NCBI RefSeq assembly: GCF_018350175.1
Contig: NC_058368.1
Coordinates: forward strand, 125,180,001-125,244,000
Source: Felis catus
Taxonomy: Eukaryota
Direction: 5' to 3'
Length of the DNA: 64,000 nucleotides
Within the stretch, counting starts at the first letter, position 1. Each line of letters starts with the position of its first letter. Shown one piece after another: positions 1 to 13,699 of the stretch. The translations under genes were made by a program, and so were the position numbers. The notes under the pieces are model-generated. The model worked only from the letters and a program-made list of their open reading frames with translations. It had not been told where the DNA came from and did not search any database.

Positions 1-1114
1 CAGTAAATCTGTAGATCAAGTAAGATCCAACTATACCCATTATTTTTGGAAAATAATAGAAAAGAGCATAGTTTCTATCATTTTTATAGATACAGAGCTT
101 AACAAACTTTTAAATTTATTTTATTTAACCAATGTTCCACTCTGCTGAATTTCATGATGCAGAAAATGGACCATATTGTAGAAAAGGCTATTGGGAAACC
201 CAAAATTGAAAAGTAATGATCACAAGCCACTATGGAAAGTGGTTGTAAAGAATTGAATGAAAAATGAGTAACACTAAAAAGAAGTTAAATCTCCCAACTT
301 AATAATGAGTCTAGTAAAGAAGTCACAGACTGAAGGGGTGATAATAACCACCTCGTTGGATAATAAATTTGATTTCATTTCTGTTCCTAAGACAGCAAAT
401 TTATGAACAGCTCACAGTGGTGCAAAAAGTAATTTGAAATACACAGTAAGTTAATCAATGCTTGTTTTATGATTGCTGACCTAGGAAATTGCTGGCTGAG
501 AAAGAGAAACACTCCGGGTCTCAGCTTCCAGTAGAGCCTCTCAGGCCTTCTCACCTGGTTTTTCTTCTTGGGTTGTCTCAATCCCTCTCAAAGTTCCAAA
601 CGGTCACCTTTACATGGGTGTGTGCCCTTCTACCACTAACTTCACTCTCTGGGCTCCAAGCTCATGTTACTAATGGCCTACTTATTATAGGGCAAAAAAC
701 TGTCCCATTTTCCTTAGGAATGAGATTTCCAGGATGCAGACTTTCAGGGCTCTAACTGGGCAGGGCCCAGCCACACTGGGACAGGACACAACTTACTACT
801 ACATAACTCTCCTTGGTCACTCCTGAGGCAACTTACACTCAGCATATCCAAAAGTTATTGACCATCTTCCCCTTCAATGCAGTTCCTCACAATATTCTCT
901 CCAGCAATGCTTGGCACCCTGTCTGTGCTGACTACCATGTTAGAAACCTTGAAGTGATCACAGACCTATCCTCTTCACCTATCTCCCACACAAAATTAAT
1001 AGAGTCCTCTGTGTGCGTCTTCTGAAAGCGATCGATGTCTCTTTAGTTGGTTTAACTTCCTTATAATCTCTTACATAGACTATTGCAAAGGCCTCTTATA
1101 AGATAAAAATGATA

Positions 1115-1360
1115 GGAGCACCTGGGTGGCTCAGTCGGTTAAGTGGCCGACTTCGGCTCAGGTCATGATCTTGCGGTCTGTGAGTTTGAGCCCCACATCA
1201 GGCTCTGTGCTGACAAGCTCAGGGCCTGCAGCCTGTTTCGGATTCTGTGTCTCCCTCTCTCTCTGACCCTCCCCCGTTCATGCTCTGTCTCTCTCTGTCT
1301 CAAAAATAAATAAACGTTTAAAACATAATAAAATAAAGTAAAACAAAATAAAATAAAATA
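1115..1360 (+). mobile_element. Can-SINE (SINEC_Fc)
   Basis: tRNA-like head CACCTGGGTGGCTCAGTCGG, (CT)n region, A-rich tail, TSD AAAATGATA. Confidence 0.9.
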
Positions 1361-2399
1361 AAAATGATAATTAAATATGCACTCTTTGACATGCCTCATT
1401 ACTTATGTTATTTGGGCTCTGTATTCATGTTTCTTTATTAGTAAAAAATATTAATATAAAGACTGAGGAAATGTTTCAGAGTAATGGGACATGATAGAAT
1501 CTTAGATTAGGGGAGAAAGTTCCCATAAAGGATAATATTGGGACAATCGATGAAAACTGAATATGGACTATAAGTTGATAATAGTATTTTATCAATATTA
1601 AACTTCATGAGTTAAGTCATCACTCAGTAGGTATGTATCTGAATGTCTTTGTTCTTTGTTTATAAGTTTTATGTATTTGTTTGTTTGTTTGTTTGTTTGT
1701 TTAGAGAGTGAGAGAGAGCACAAGCAGTGGAGGGGCAGAGAGAGAAGGAGACAGAGAATCCCAAGCAGGCTGCACACTGTCAGAACAAAGCCCAACACAG
1801 GGCTCAAACTCACAAACTGTGAGATTGTGGGATGCTTAACCAACTGAGCCACCCAGGCCAGGCGACCCTGAATGTCTTTGTTTTTAAGATTTACATGCTG
1901 TTGGAGTGATAGGCCATGATCTTGGCAATTTTCATATTTTCAGGAAAACATTTTAAAAAATAAAAAAAAAGAAGGGGATAAAATAAAAAATAAAGAAGAT
2001 ATCTTAGATGTGTGTAAGATATCTCAGGTGTGTGTAAGCACTTGGCAACGTTGTTGAAACAAAACATTAACTAATCGCTGATGGGCCCATGTCAGACAAT
2101 GTGTTCAGAAGTCTCATTCATAGCAAATACAATGAAAATCTTGGGTCTAGTGTGACATCAGCGTAAGCTGTAAAGCCAAAGACTTTCCAGAAGGCCCTTT
2201 CTGGTCTAAACAGATGTTAAGGAGATTTGCTAAGTAAGTGCTTACCAAAGTAAAGCTTGGAAGGAGTCTAATAAGACAAAAACAACAAATATTGCTTATT
2301 GCAATTCAGCCTTCCACTTTCTATTGCAACCACTGTCTTGCAATCCAGCCTTCCACTTACTGAATTTTTTGCATCTCTGACATTAAAAAGTGAAGTCTT

Positions 2400-2568
2400 G
2401 GGGTGCCTGAGTGGCTCAGTCAGTTAAGCATCCAACTCTTGATCTTGGCTCCAGTCATGATCCCACAGTCATGAGACCCAGCCCCACATCAGGCTCTGTG
2501 CTGGGCATGGAATCTGCTTGAGATTCTCCCTCCTTCTCCCTGTGCTCCTCCCTCACTTGCACTCTCCT

Positions 2569-2610
<42 letters not shown>

Positions 2611-2620
2611 AAAAAAAAAA
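2400..2620 (+). mobile_element. Can-SINE
   Basis: Head, (CT)n and poly-A, with TSD AAAAAGTGAAGTCTTG. Confidence 0.9.
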
Positions 2621-3990
2621 AAAAGTGAAGTCTTGAAAGGATTCATCTATAATATAGGGTCAACTGACTGTATGTCTTAAGGAAACCAGATAAGACTTGA
2701 CCTTGCTGATAATTTCCCCATTGAGTCATGAACCAGTGACTGGAGAAGATCAGGTAATAGGCAGTGAGGTCAGCCCATGAGAAGAGCACCTGTTTTGTGA
2801 ATCTGAGGCCTCCAACAGCTTCCCGCAAGAAAGTCACCTCCCAAAGTGTGGGTTGGGAATGACAATGTGTTGCCCGTAGATGGCATGAGTTTTAAAGCCA
2901 GGATGGTATTCTCCAAAACCCAGATTCTTAGACTAATTGTTCTGCTGCCACACCCAGACCCTGAACCACCTGGTCTTGTACTTCTGCCCTACATCCAACC
3001 TCTATGCCTACTATTTCTGCAAACATGGTTAATTTTCAACTCTATCTAAATCATCGGCCCAACATTTAACCCATACTGCCCTCTTATGTCTCCATATCTT
3101 TGCTCGTGTGTTGCTTCTACTCAGAAGACCCCTAAGCTTTGCACAGTGGCAGTATCATAGCCAATGAAGTTTATCCGAGACGTGATTATGGCTAATTGAA
3201 AACTTTTCCCTACTCAAAGGACCCTTACCCACTAGGCATGCAAGAAATCTCACCTTGCTTCAAAAGTTTATAACAAGTGTTTGCTTTTTAAAATCTTTAG
3301 TGAAATATTTTCTAATTCCTCCAAGCAGGGGTTGGCTTTTTCACCTATGACTTTATACAGATTTCTATTATAATTTTTATTTTTAATTTTGTTTTATTGT
3401 TACTTTCTATGTCTGCCTCCCTTGGTAACTCCTTCAAGACCCAAACTGGGTCATTGTTTTCCTTCCATCTGGCCACCTTTTCAATTTCTTTCCAGTAGGC
3501 ATCTTTAACACCTCATAGTTTTCTCCTTATACCATACCAACCTTCCAGTGTCCTGCTAACACTCAACACCCACACCAATCATTTTTGTTATTGTCATTGT
3601 TCCCTCCCTATCCAGGTTTTGTGCTTAATTAGCTACTGACCCCCATACACTTAGACTGAGGGAGGAGTAAGGGTAACACCGTAACTCTAGGGTAGAATGC
3701 TGGCATGCACCAGGAGCATTCTTGGGATGGTGTATTTTCCTTTTGCATCACTCATCCTGATTGTTCTTTCAGTCCACTGGCTATTTTACCAGGTGTCTGT
3801 GATGCTTACTGTTACTGTTCAGGATGGTCCGAAACAAATTTCCATTTCCCTGCTTAGTATAGCAGATTGGATAGTTTGGGTGTAGGATGGAATCCCTTGG
3901 TTAGATCATGAAGCTATAAACAAGGGTAGGCATGCAAACAGAAGTGGAGACAGTAGGTAAAAGGCTATTGTGTTAATCAGTTTGATTGCA

Positions 3991-5343
3991 AACCTAACCC
4001 ACAAGGTGAAAAATCTATACACTGAAAACTACAGAAAACTTATGAAAGAAACTGAAGAAGACACAAAAAATGGAAAAATATTCCATGCTCCCGGATTGGA
4101 AGAACAAATATTGTTAAAATGTCGATACTACCCAAAGCAATCTATACATTCAATGAAATCCCTATCAAAATAACACCAGCATTCTTCACAAAGCTAGAAC
4201 AAATAATCCAGAAAAGAGCCCAAATAGCCAAAGAAATCTTGAAAAAGAACCAAAGCTGGAGGCATCATAATCCTGGACTTCAAGATGTATCACAAAGCTG
4301 TAATCATCAAGACAGTATGGTACTGGCACAGGAACAGACACTCAGATCAATGGAACAGAATAGAGAACCCAGAAATGGACCCACAAACGTATGGCCAACT
4401 AATCTTGGACAAAGCAGGAAAGAATATCCAATGGAATAAAGACAGTCTCTTCAGCAAGTGGTGCTGGGAGAACTGGACACTGACATGCAGAAAAATCAAC
4501 CTGGACCACTTTCTTACACCATACACAAAAATAAACTCAAAATGGATGAAAGACCTCAATGTAAGACAGGAAGCCATCAAAATCCCTGAGGAGAAAGCAG
4601 GCAAACTCTTTGACCTTGGCCACAGCAACTTCTTACTCAACATGTCTCCGGAGGCAAGGGAAACAATACAAAAATGAACTATTGGGACCTCATCAACATA
4701 AAAAGTTTCTGCACAGTAAAGGAAACAATCAGCAAAACTAAAAGGCAACTGAAAGAATGGGAGAAGATATTTGCAAACAACATATCACATAAAGGGTTAG
4801 TATCCAAAATCTATAAAGAACTTATCAAACTCAAAAATCAAGTAATCCAGTGAAGAAATGGGCAAAAGACAATGAATAGACACTTTTCCAAAGAAAACAT
4901 CCAGATGGCTGACACATGAAAAAAATGCTCCACATCACTCATCATCAGGGAAATACAAATCAAAACCACAATGAGATACCACCTCTTATCTGTCAGAATG
5001 GCTAACATTAACAACTCAGGCAACAACAGATGCTGGCGAAGATTTGGAAAAAGAGGATCTCTTTTGCACTGCTGGTGGGAATGCAAACTGGTGCAGCCAC
5101 TCTGGAAAACAGTATGGAGGTTCCTCAAAAAATTAAAACCAGAACTACCCTACATCCCAGCAATTGCACTACTAGGTATTTATCCAAGGGATACAGGTGT
5201 GCTTCTTCAAAGGGGCACATGCACCCCAATGTTTATAGCAGCACTATCGACAATAGCCAAAGTATGGAAAGAGCTCAAATGTCCATGGATGAATGAATGA
5301 ATGAATGGATAAAGAAGATGTGGTATATATATATATACATACA

Positions 5344-5393
<50 letters not shown>

Positions 5394-5416
5394 AATGAAT
5401 GGATAAAGAAGATGTG

Positions 5417-5460
<44 letters not shown>

Positions 5461-5475
5461 CACATATATATATGT

Positions 5476-5513
<38 letters not shown>

Positions 5514-5942
5514 CAATGGAGTATTACTCAGCAAGCAAAAAAGAATGAAATCCTGCCATTTGCAACTATGTGGATGGAACTAGAGGGTAGTATGCTAAGT
5601 GATATAAGTCAGAGAAAGACAAATATCATATGACTTCACTCATATGAGGACTTTAAGAGACAAAAAAAGTGAACATAAGGGAAATGAAGCAAAAATAATA
5701 CAAAAACAAGGAGGGGGACAAAACATAAGAGACCCTTAAATACAGAGAACAAACTGAGGGTTGCTGGAGGGGCTGGGGGGGCGTTATATGGGTAAGGGGC
5801 ATTAGGGAGGACACTTGTTGGGATGAGCACTGGGTGTTATACATAGGGGATGAATCACTGGAATCTACTCCTGAATCTACTCCTATTGCACTATAGCTAA
5901 CTAACTTGCATGTAAATTTAAAAATTAATTAATTGATTAAAA
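3991..5942 (+). mobile_element. 5'-truncated carnivore LINE-1 (disrupted ORF2 C-terminus, 3'UTR and A-rich tail)
   Basis: Frameshifted ORF2 pieces ([35 protein letters not shown]), G-rich 3'UTR, and a 16-bp TSD at 3975-3990 / 5943-5958. Confidence 0.95.
5325..5512. repeat. Compound (TA)n microsatellite inside the L1
   Basis: Four TA runs separated by duplicated L1 sequence. Confidence 0.95.
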
Positions 5943-7285
5943 AATTGGTTTGATTGCAGAGCATATATGAAGTAATGAGTGATTAGAAGAGACTAGAGCA
6001 ACACTGGACTCTTACCAGTTAGATATTGCTCATTGGATTAGCCTTGTCTCTCTCTCTATCTTGCAGTCACTTGCAAGGTGGTCCAAGAGCCTTACTGAGC
6101 AGCTTAAGTTTTCTCCAGGAATAAGTTAAAGGGTGGAGCCTTCTGGAATGGGAAATATTAAGAGTAAGCCAGTGTGGTAGAATTTGGTAAATGCAGTACA
6201 AGATGACAATGAAAAGCAGCTTCCTGCAACTCTGTTAAGGACTTTGATCTTTGGATTTAGAGCCCTAGTATACAATTCAGTGTTTTTAAGTATGGTGGGG
6301 GTATGGTACTGGGGACATTATCAGATTTATATATGTTTAAAAACTACTTAGTTGTTATATAGAGAACAGATTGAAGTATATGGAAAAGATGAAGTTCATA
6401 GCCCCATATGTGCCAAGAAATTTATCTTAAATTTAATCAAGCCTCTAGATCTAGTTCATGGAAAATGTGAGAGCTAGAGGAACATGTTAAACAATATCAC
6501 AAGGATATAGTCAGCCAAATCCAGACTGTGGGACATTGTATAGGATGAATGACCTGGTTTCTTCAACAAATGAAGGAGATTAAGAAGAAAGGGAGGAGGA
6601 TTATAAATTGTTTGGATCCTAACTGAGACAAAACAACTGCACAAGAAATTTGGGAGCAACTGAACGAATTTGAGTATGTACTGGGTGTTATATGAAAATG
6701 AAGAAATAATTGTTTTGGGGTGCCTGGGTGGCTCAGTTGGTTAAGTATCTAACTCTTGGTTTTGGCTTAGGTCATGATCTCAGTTTTGTGAGTTCAAGCC
6801 CCACATGCAGCTCTGTGCTGACAGTGCAGAGCCTCCTTGGGATTCTCTCTCTCCCTTTGTCTCTGCCCTTTCCCTGCTCACGCTGTCTCTGTCTCTCTCA
6901 AAATAAAGAAATAAACTTAAAAAGTAAAAGAAGTAACTGTTTTCTTGGGTGTGGTAATGGCATTAGAATTTGTTTTTGAAAAATTGACCTAAAAAATTGA
7001 GCTTATATATTATTGATATATGCCAAAGCATTTACAAATGAATATGTATTATATCTACAATTTGCTTTAAAATAATCCAGAGATAAGAAAAAAGGAAACT
7101 AGAATATCTGGCAAATTGTTGGCAATAATTCAATCTGGTGTAATGGGACATTTTATTATATTACATTCTGTCTACTCTTAAACATTTGAAAATTATACAT
7201 TTGACAATTTTTATGATAAATTCTTCAAAAAATAGATCAATAAAATTTGGGATTAAATCTGACTAAATTTTAATAACAGAAAGTA

Positions 7286-7507
7286 GGGGCGCCTGGGTGG
7301 CTCAGTCAGTTAAGCGTTCGACTTCAGCTCAGGTCACGATCTCGTGGACTGTGAGTTAGAGCCCCGCGTCAGGCTCTGGGCTGATGGCTTGGAGCCTGGA
7401 GCTTGCTTCCGATTCTGTGTCTCCCTCTCTCTCTGCCCCTCCCCCGTTCATGCTCTGTCTCTCTCTGTCTCAAAAATAAATAAAAATTTAAAAAAAAATT
7501 TAAAAAA
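7286..7507 (+). mobile_element. Can-SINE (SINEC_Fc)
   Basis: Full-length copy with TSD AATAACAGAAAGTA. Confidence 0.9.
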
Positions 7508-9210
7508 AATAACAGAAAGTAACCATTAAACTGTGAAATCTACCCAACATCTCACCATATCCCTAGTGATATGGGAGACAAAAGCAAGAATCAACACTAC
7601 CACCACCAATGACAAAAATCAGTGATTGGAGAAGAATAAGACCATTCCCTTTTTATGCCCTTCTCTCCATCCTCTCCTGTCTTCCTCCCCCCGCCCCCCA
7701 CCTCCCCTCTCCCAAAGAGTGGATACAGTAAAACAAGTTAAAATGCTACTCCTGTCGTCCAGTGAAGGGACAGCCTAGACTGGGGAAGTGGCTTTGGAGA
7801 TGGATGAAAAAGTGTTCAGGTTTATTTATAAAGTTGTGTATGTGGGGAAACCAACAAGAATAGTGCAGTGATCTCCTGTGGTGGCCAATTGGACGCTAGG
7901 TCCCTTAAGTGTAGAGATTTAAAGAGAGGGAGCATGAACTGGAGTAAAAGGGGAGAGTCATGTGGAGTTGGCCTGCTCCAGAGAAATGGCCTTCAGTAAG
8001 GAATGCAGCCAGCTCACAAAGCAGGAGCCTGGGAAGCCAATACCCTGACTTAGTCTCCTCCCTCTGCAGAGATAACCAGGGACAGAAGCCCAGTGTAAGA
8101 CAGGCACATAGCCCTCGATACTGGGCCTTGAGTGGGCAGAGCAGGGTGGAGAGTGGATTGGGAGGGGCAAACATAAGGGGCCCAGCACAGGCTTCAGATT
8201 TTGTGCATGACCTATGCTATGAGGTTCACACAATCTGAATACTGCCTGTCTTGCCTCTTCTGTAGCCACACCCCTATAAAATGGGGGTATTAAGGTATAA
8301 GAGCATCTAATTCATAACTGTTGATCAAGTAAGCATCGCATGAATAAACTTGTGTAAAGCATTCAATTTGCGTAATGCTTGGCAACTGTATGCCTTCCTG
8401 GACATAGTTCTCTTCCTCTGAATATTTTTTTCTTCCCAGGTTTCTCTAGGAACTAGGTCTTTTTTTTCTTCCTTTGTTTTGTTGGGTTTTTTTGGTTGCC
8501 TGCAAGAGTAGGTATTTAATAAATACATGTTCAGTGAATTAACACTCACTATGTGTGCTAAGTGTTTTAACCTGCATCATCTCAATTATTACAACAACCT
8601 TATAAGGTAAATATCATTCTCATTTTACAGAGGAGGCTATTTGAGGCTCAGCAATGCTCCAGCTTGGCCAAATCAGACCACACAGGCCTGTTTTACTCTA
8701 AAACCTATGTATGTCCTTTGCTCCATATCAATAGCCTCATGCAAGGAGTGTTTTCTGCATAGAATGAATGCTGGCCGCTGGAGTATCACTCTGACACTCA
8801 CTCCACTGTGAATCCCCAAAAATGGGCCTCTGTTCACCAGAAGCCAGGTGACCATAGGCCTCTTATCTGCCAATAGATTTCTGGGTCATAGAATCTCTGT
8901 CTGAATCATCTTTGTGTCCCCACAGGACAACCCATTTCTTGGTGCTAATCAAGGTCTATTGACTTCAATAATATTAATAAATGATAGGCTGTCTTCTTCT
9001 GCTCTTGCTGACCCTGCTTCCAATGTGCTTTGGTCCCCTGAGGGGTTGGGGACCTTAGCCTCCAACTCATAGTCTGGAAGGGCTCTGCCTAACATTCAGT
9101 AAGCAATTTCACTGCCAGGCTTCCTTCTAGGTGCTTTACACGTAGTCATTTGCTCATCATGACAAATCTATGTCTTAAGGTTTCTCCTTATTCCCATTTA
9201 TAGTTTCAGG

Positions 9211-9427
9211 AGGGGCACCTGGGTGGCTTAGTTGGTTGAGCGTCTGACTTCAGCTCAGGTCATGATCTCGCGGTTTGTGAGTTCGAGCCCCACGTCAGGC
9301 TCTGTTTCTGACAGCTCAGAGCCTGGAGCCTGCTTCGGATTCTATGTGTGTCTCTCTCTCTGCCCCTCCCCTACTCATACTCTGTCTCTCCGTCAAAAAT
9401 AAACAAACATTAAAAAAAGAAATTTAA
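9211..9427 (+). mobile_element. Can-SINE (SINEC_Fc)
   Basis: Full-length copy with TSD AGTTTCAGGA. Confidence 0.9.
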
Positions 9428-10379
9428 AGTTTCAGGAAACTGAAGTTCAGAAGAGTTTAGTGAACTTTTTCAAAGTCACATAGCTAGAGAGAAAGCCAGG
9501 ATTTGGAATCCAAGCAGTCTGATCCAGAACCTGTACCTTTAGATATTAATAAAGAAGAGCTTACAATTTTCCAAATGGTCACCCTGCCCTTTTCAGTCCT
9601 TTATATCTCTTGTAGCTTTGCGGCCTTCAGCTCTTCCCTGCTCACTATTAGCCTACAGGGCAGCTTCACATTGTCTCTGCTGTTACAAGTAACCGTTAAA
9701 AACAAAACAAAGTGAAAGCTTTTTGCCAGAATATTTGTTGCCTACCTGCTTCACATAGATCAGTCTCACTTCCTTATCTTTGTCAAGCACATTTTAGAGA
9801 TGAAGCTGCTGAAAGGGAGTTCAGTTCAGCGTTTTGTTTCTTATTGTCTTTTCCCCACAGAAGACATTTGGCCTGGACGCTACTAGTAACAAACCAAAAC
9901 CCCAAACTTCATGGCAGAGTGTTGATTAAAGAAGACTGAAGAGAGAGAGGTAAAGCAAGCAGCACAAAAGCTAGAATGGTCTGCAAATCTTTGCTGGAGA
10001 CAATGTTACCTTTTTCATTTTTCATTTTTTTTCTTTTTGAGAGAGCAAGAGTTGGGGAGGGGGAGAGGGAGACTGACTCTTAAGCAGGCTCCATGCCCAG
10101 CAGAAGTCTGATGTGTGTGTGGGGCGGGGGGGGGGGGGGGGGGGCGCTCCATCTCAGGACTGTGAGATCATGACCTGAGCCAAAATCAAGAGTTGTTTGT
10201 TTAACTGACTGAAACACCCAGGCACCTCAGTACAATGTTAATTTCACTGAAACAATCACTAGTTCTTTAATGTGACCAAAATAGTAATAAACTCAATTAT
10301 TTTAAATTCATGACACTAATATATGTTCCTTTAAAATTTACTATTTTCCCACCCTACACATTTTTCTTTCCCCCCTTTT

Positions 10380-10870
10380 AGTCTTTCACTGAATTTACAT
10401 ATATCTTTTTGAAGTTCCTGCTTTTAATTCTTTTGGGCATATACTTAGAACTAGAATCACATGGTAATTATGTTCTTAATTTTTTGATGAACTACCATAT
10501 TGTTTTTTGTAATCGTTACACTTTATATTCCTACCAACAGTGCACAAAAATTCCAATTTCTCCACATCTTCACCAACACTTGTTATTTTCCGCTTTTTAG
10601 ATAGTGGTCCTCCTAATGGGTGTAAAATGGTATCTCAACGTGGTTTTGGTTTGCATTTTCCTAATGATTAGTAATGTTAATCATCTTTTCATGGACTTGT
10701 TGGCAATTCATAGATTTTTGAAGAAATGTCTGTTCCAGTTCTTTATCCATTTTTAAATTGGGTTGTTGTTTGTTATTGTTGAGTTGTGGTAGTTTTTTTT
10801 ATATATTCTGGATATTAGCCCCTTATAGGATCTATGACTGGCAAACATTTTATTTCATTCCATAGGTTGC
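10380..10870 (-). mobile_element. Old L1M fragment
   Basis: Antisense ORF2 3' region text (CATCTTCACCAACACTTGTTATTTTC...GTTTGCATTTTCCTAATGATTAG). Confidence 0.75.
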
Positions 10871-11235
10871 TGGGGTGGGTGGGGTGTTATTTTTTAAGTT
10901 CAGCTTGATAGACATATTTATATTATCTGCCTGGTCCCTTTGGGCATTTGAATTTCTGAACCTGCTGACACTTTCTTATATGCAACACTTAACATGCCTC
11001 CCTGAAGTTAACACAAGCCTCCTTGATTAGATTTTGGATATTTCCACATTCTTCAGTTATTATTTGAAGGCATTTCTTTTGTCGTATCATTTGTACAAGT
11101 GGTTGAACTCAACTGTTAAATTTTGAATCTACCTAATTTCATTTCTCATTAAGTTTAATTTAGGAAGTTCCTTCTTGTGATCCCTATGCATATGGGATTT
11201 TAGCTTCACTGATCTTATTCTACCAGTTCTTTTTA

Positions 11236-11380
11236 CTGTTGAATCTTCAACAACATGAGTTTGAACTGCACCAGTCCACTTACATGGGGATTTTTCCCCA
11301 TAAATATAGTACAGTACTGTAAATGTATCTTGTCTTTATAATTTTCTTAATAACATTTTCTCTAGCTTCCTTTACTTTCA
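11236..11380 (-). mobile_element. Tigger2-like terminal fragment
   Basis: Reverse-complement similarity to 31690-31833 (GAACTGCACCAGTCCACTTAC...AGTACAGTACTGTAAATGTA). Confidence 0.6.
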
Positions 11381-12293
11381 TTTTAATCTTTCTCTCCTAA
11401 AAGAAAAAAGAAAGAGAATTTTCAAGTCTGCAATTTCAGTGATACCTGAAAATTGCTTGGTTAACTGTATTACTTTTCCATATTTTAAAATTATAAGCAG
11501 CTACTTCTTCTGGAAGCAAAGTTATGTGCACAAAGGGAAACAGAAGCCATGAACTAACACAGCTGTGATGTACTCACGATGCTGTCATTTCTCCTTTGAA
11601 GAAATGTTTCTATGATATCTGTTCTGTGGAAGGCACAAATACAACTCATACACAAGACAAAAAGAAACAGACTTAAATACCAACAGGGTGAGGGGGCAAA
11701 AATAATATTAAAAACCAGCAAAAAATTGAAAGAACATTGTTTCTGGATCTCAAGAGACATGATAGAGTTGCTTTTAATTAGCATAACAAAAGCATACAAA
11801 ACTCTTCAGTTGCCAAAATCAGTCTTCGGAACTAAATTCCATGTCTAAAACCTCACGCAGACTTATTTTTTTCTTTTAGAAAAGACCTTGAGAAACACTC
11901 TGGATACCATTTCATCACTCATGTTCAAGTTTGGATTACAATGAAGGTCTTGGAAACCCCAAAGATCTTACTTAGGTCTCCAGTAAATTCTCAACCAAGG
12001 TCAAGCCAATTCATATAAGTCCTTATTAGTGTCTTGATTAAAAGCAGAAACTGATTCCTTCAACAAGCTGGGCAGGGAAGGAAGAAAATCTCTCAGAGAG
12101 TGTGCTTTTAATTTCAACCAAAAAAAAGAAACAAAGGCACGTGTGAAACATTTGTTTTAGGTTAGCTAGTGATAATCTCAGACAATAAACCAAAGCCTCA
12201 CCCAGTATTCGATGGGGAATATATTTCTACATTGGAGATGCCTGAACTGTCCTTTCTGGGGAAGGAACTATCTATGTTGAAAATACAGAAGTG

Positions 12294-12524
12294 GGGGCGC
12301 CTGGGTGGCGCAGTCGGTTAAGCGTCCAACTTCAGCCAGGTCACGATCTCGCGGTCCGTGAGTTCGAGCCCCGTGTCAGGCTCTGGGCTGATGGCTCAGA
12401 GCCTGGAGCCTGTTTCTAATTCTGTGTCTCCCTCTCTCTCTGCCCCTCCCCCGTTCATACTCTGTCTCTCTCTGTCCCCCCAAAAATAAATAAACGTTGA
12501 AAAAAAAATAAAAAATAATAAAAA
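12294..12524 (+). mobile_element. Young felid SINE
   Basis: CpG-rich with diagnostic GGCGCAGTCGG and TCAGCCAGGTCACG. Perfect TSD AAAATACAGAAGTGG. Confidence 0.92.
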
Positions 12525-12936
12525 AAAATACAGAAGTGGAATCTCTTATATCTAGGATTGAAATACTTGTCCCTCAACTGACACATACCTCCTCTTTAAG
12601 ATTCTGTTGAGCATCATTGCCCACAGATTTCTGTATATTCCTGAAGAGTCTTTGGGAGACCGGAGACTCTTAGAAGCAATATGGTATGCTTCTCTACACT
12701 AAGTTCTGGGTGGGAAACAGAAAGACTCAGGCATGTGAGTTCCCTTTTCAGAGACAGAAGGACATGAGGTTGAAGGCACTCTGGAATCAGACACACCAGG
12801 TTTCAAATCCCAGCTCCATTACTGAGCGGTCACATGACCTTGCCCATGTTACTTAACTAGTCTGAACCTTGTTTCCTCCTCTGCAGACTTAGAATAGTAA
12901 GTTCTAAGTTACTTCATAGGATTATGAGGAGAATTT

Positions 12937-13400
12937 TTGCTACCTATAGTGTGTGACAAATTACCCCAAAACTTTGTGGCCCAAAACAATTTACTTGCTC
13001 TTAATTCTGCTTCTATGTTTGGCTCAGCTGGGCAATTCTTCTGTACATCTTGCCTGGGGTTATCAGGCAGCTGCAATCATCTGAAGGTTCAATTGGAGCT
13101 GGGGGATCCAGAATCACTCACAGCTGGGAACGCCAGAATACCTGGAGGCTAGATGGGCCTCTCCCTCCATATGGAGCTCAGGGCTCCAAGCGAATGAAAG
13201 CATCAGCTGCTGGGCCTTTGGAGACCTGACCTCTCGAATTCATATGACATTATTTTTGCTGCATTCTTTTGGCCAAAACAGGTCATAAAGCCAGTGCAAA
13301 TTCAAGGGGAAGGGAAATAGACTCCATCTCTTAATAGGAAGAGCAGCAACTACACGGAAGGGAGGAATTTGGCTGCCTCCTTTGTAGACAATCCACCACA
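12937..13400 (-). mobile_element. MLT1-type MaLR LTR
   Basis: Typical MLT1 motifs: ACAAATTACCCCAAAACTT, GGCTCAGCTGGGC, ATTCAAGGGGAAGGGAAATAGACTCCATCTCTT. Confidence 0.6.
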
Positions 13401-13699
13401 AGGAGTATATGAGATAATGCTAAGCACAGTGCCTGGCAGACAGTAGGCTGTTCATAATGCACTGGATAAAAACATATTTCTGGTATTATATTGCTTGAGT
13501 TCAAATCCTGCCCTTACCACATACTAATGACTTGATGGTAGATAAGTTTTAAAATTTTTCTATGCCTCAGTTTTCACTATGAAATCATTGTAATAATTAT
13601 ATGTATCTCACAAAGTTATTGTAAAGATTAAATGAAATACTACATGTAAAATGCTTAGAAGAATTGATTTAAAAAAGAAACTATTTTGGTACATAAGGC

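Noticed and set aside
1996..2360. Short direct repeats (20 bp x2 at 1996-2035; ~21 bp x2 at ~2299 and ~2338) as a CRISPR-like or regulatory array
   Set aside because: Only two copies each in a mammalian context; these are ordinary local duplications.
4119..5300. ORFs of 106-130 aa as a functional gene
   Set aside because: These are frameshifted pieces of L1 ORF2 in a 5'-truncated, non-autonomous copy.
5207..5633. YI-repeat proteins
   Set aside because: They are translations of the (TA)n microsatellite.
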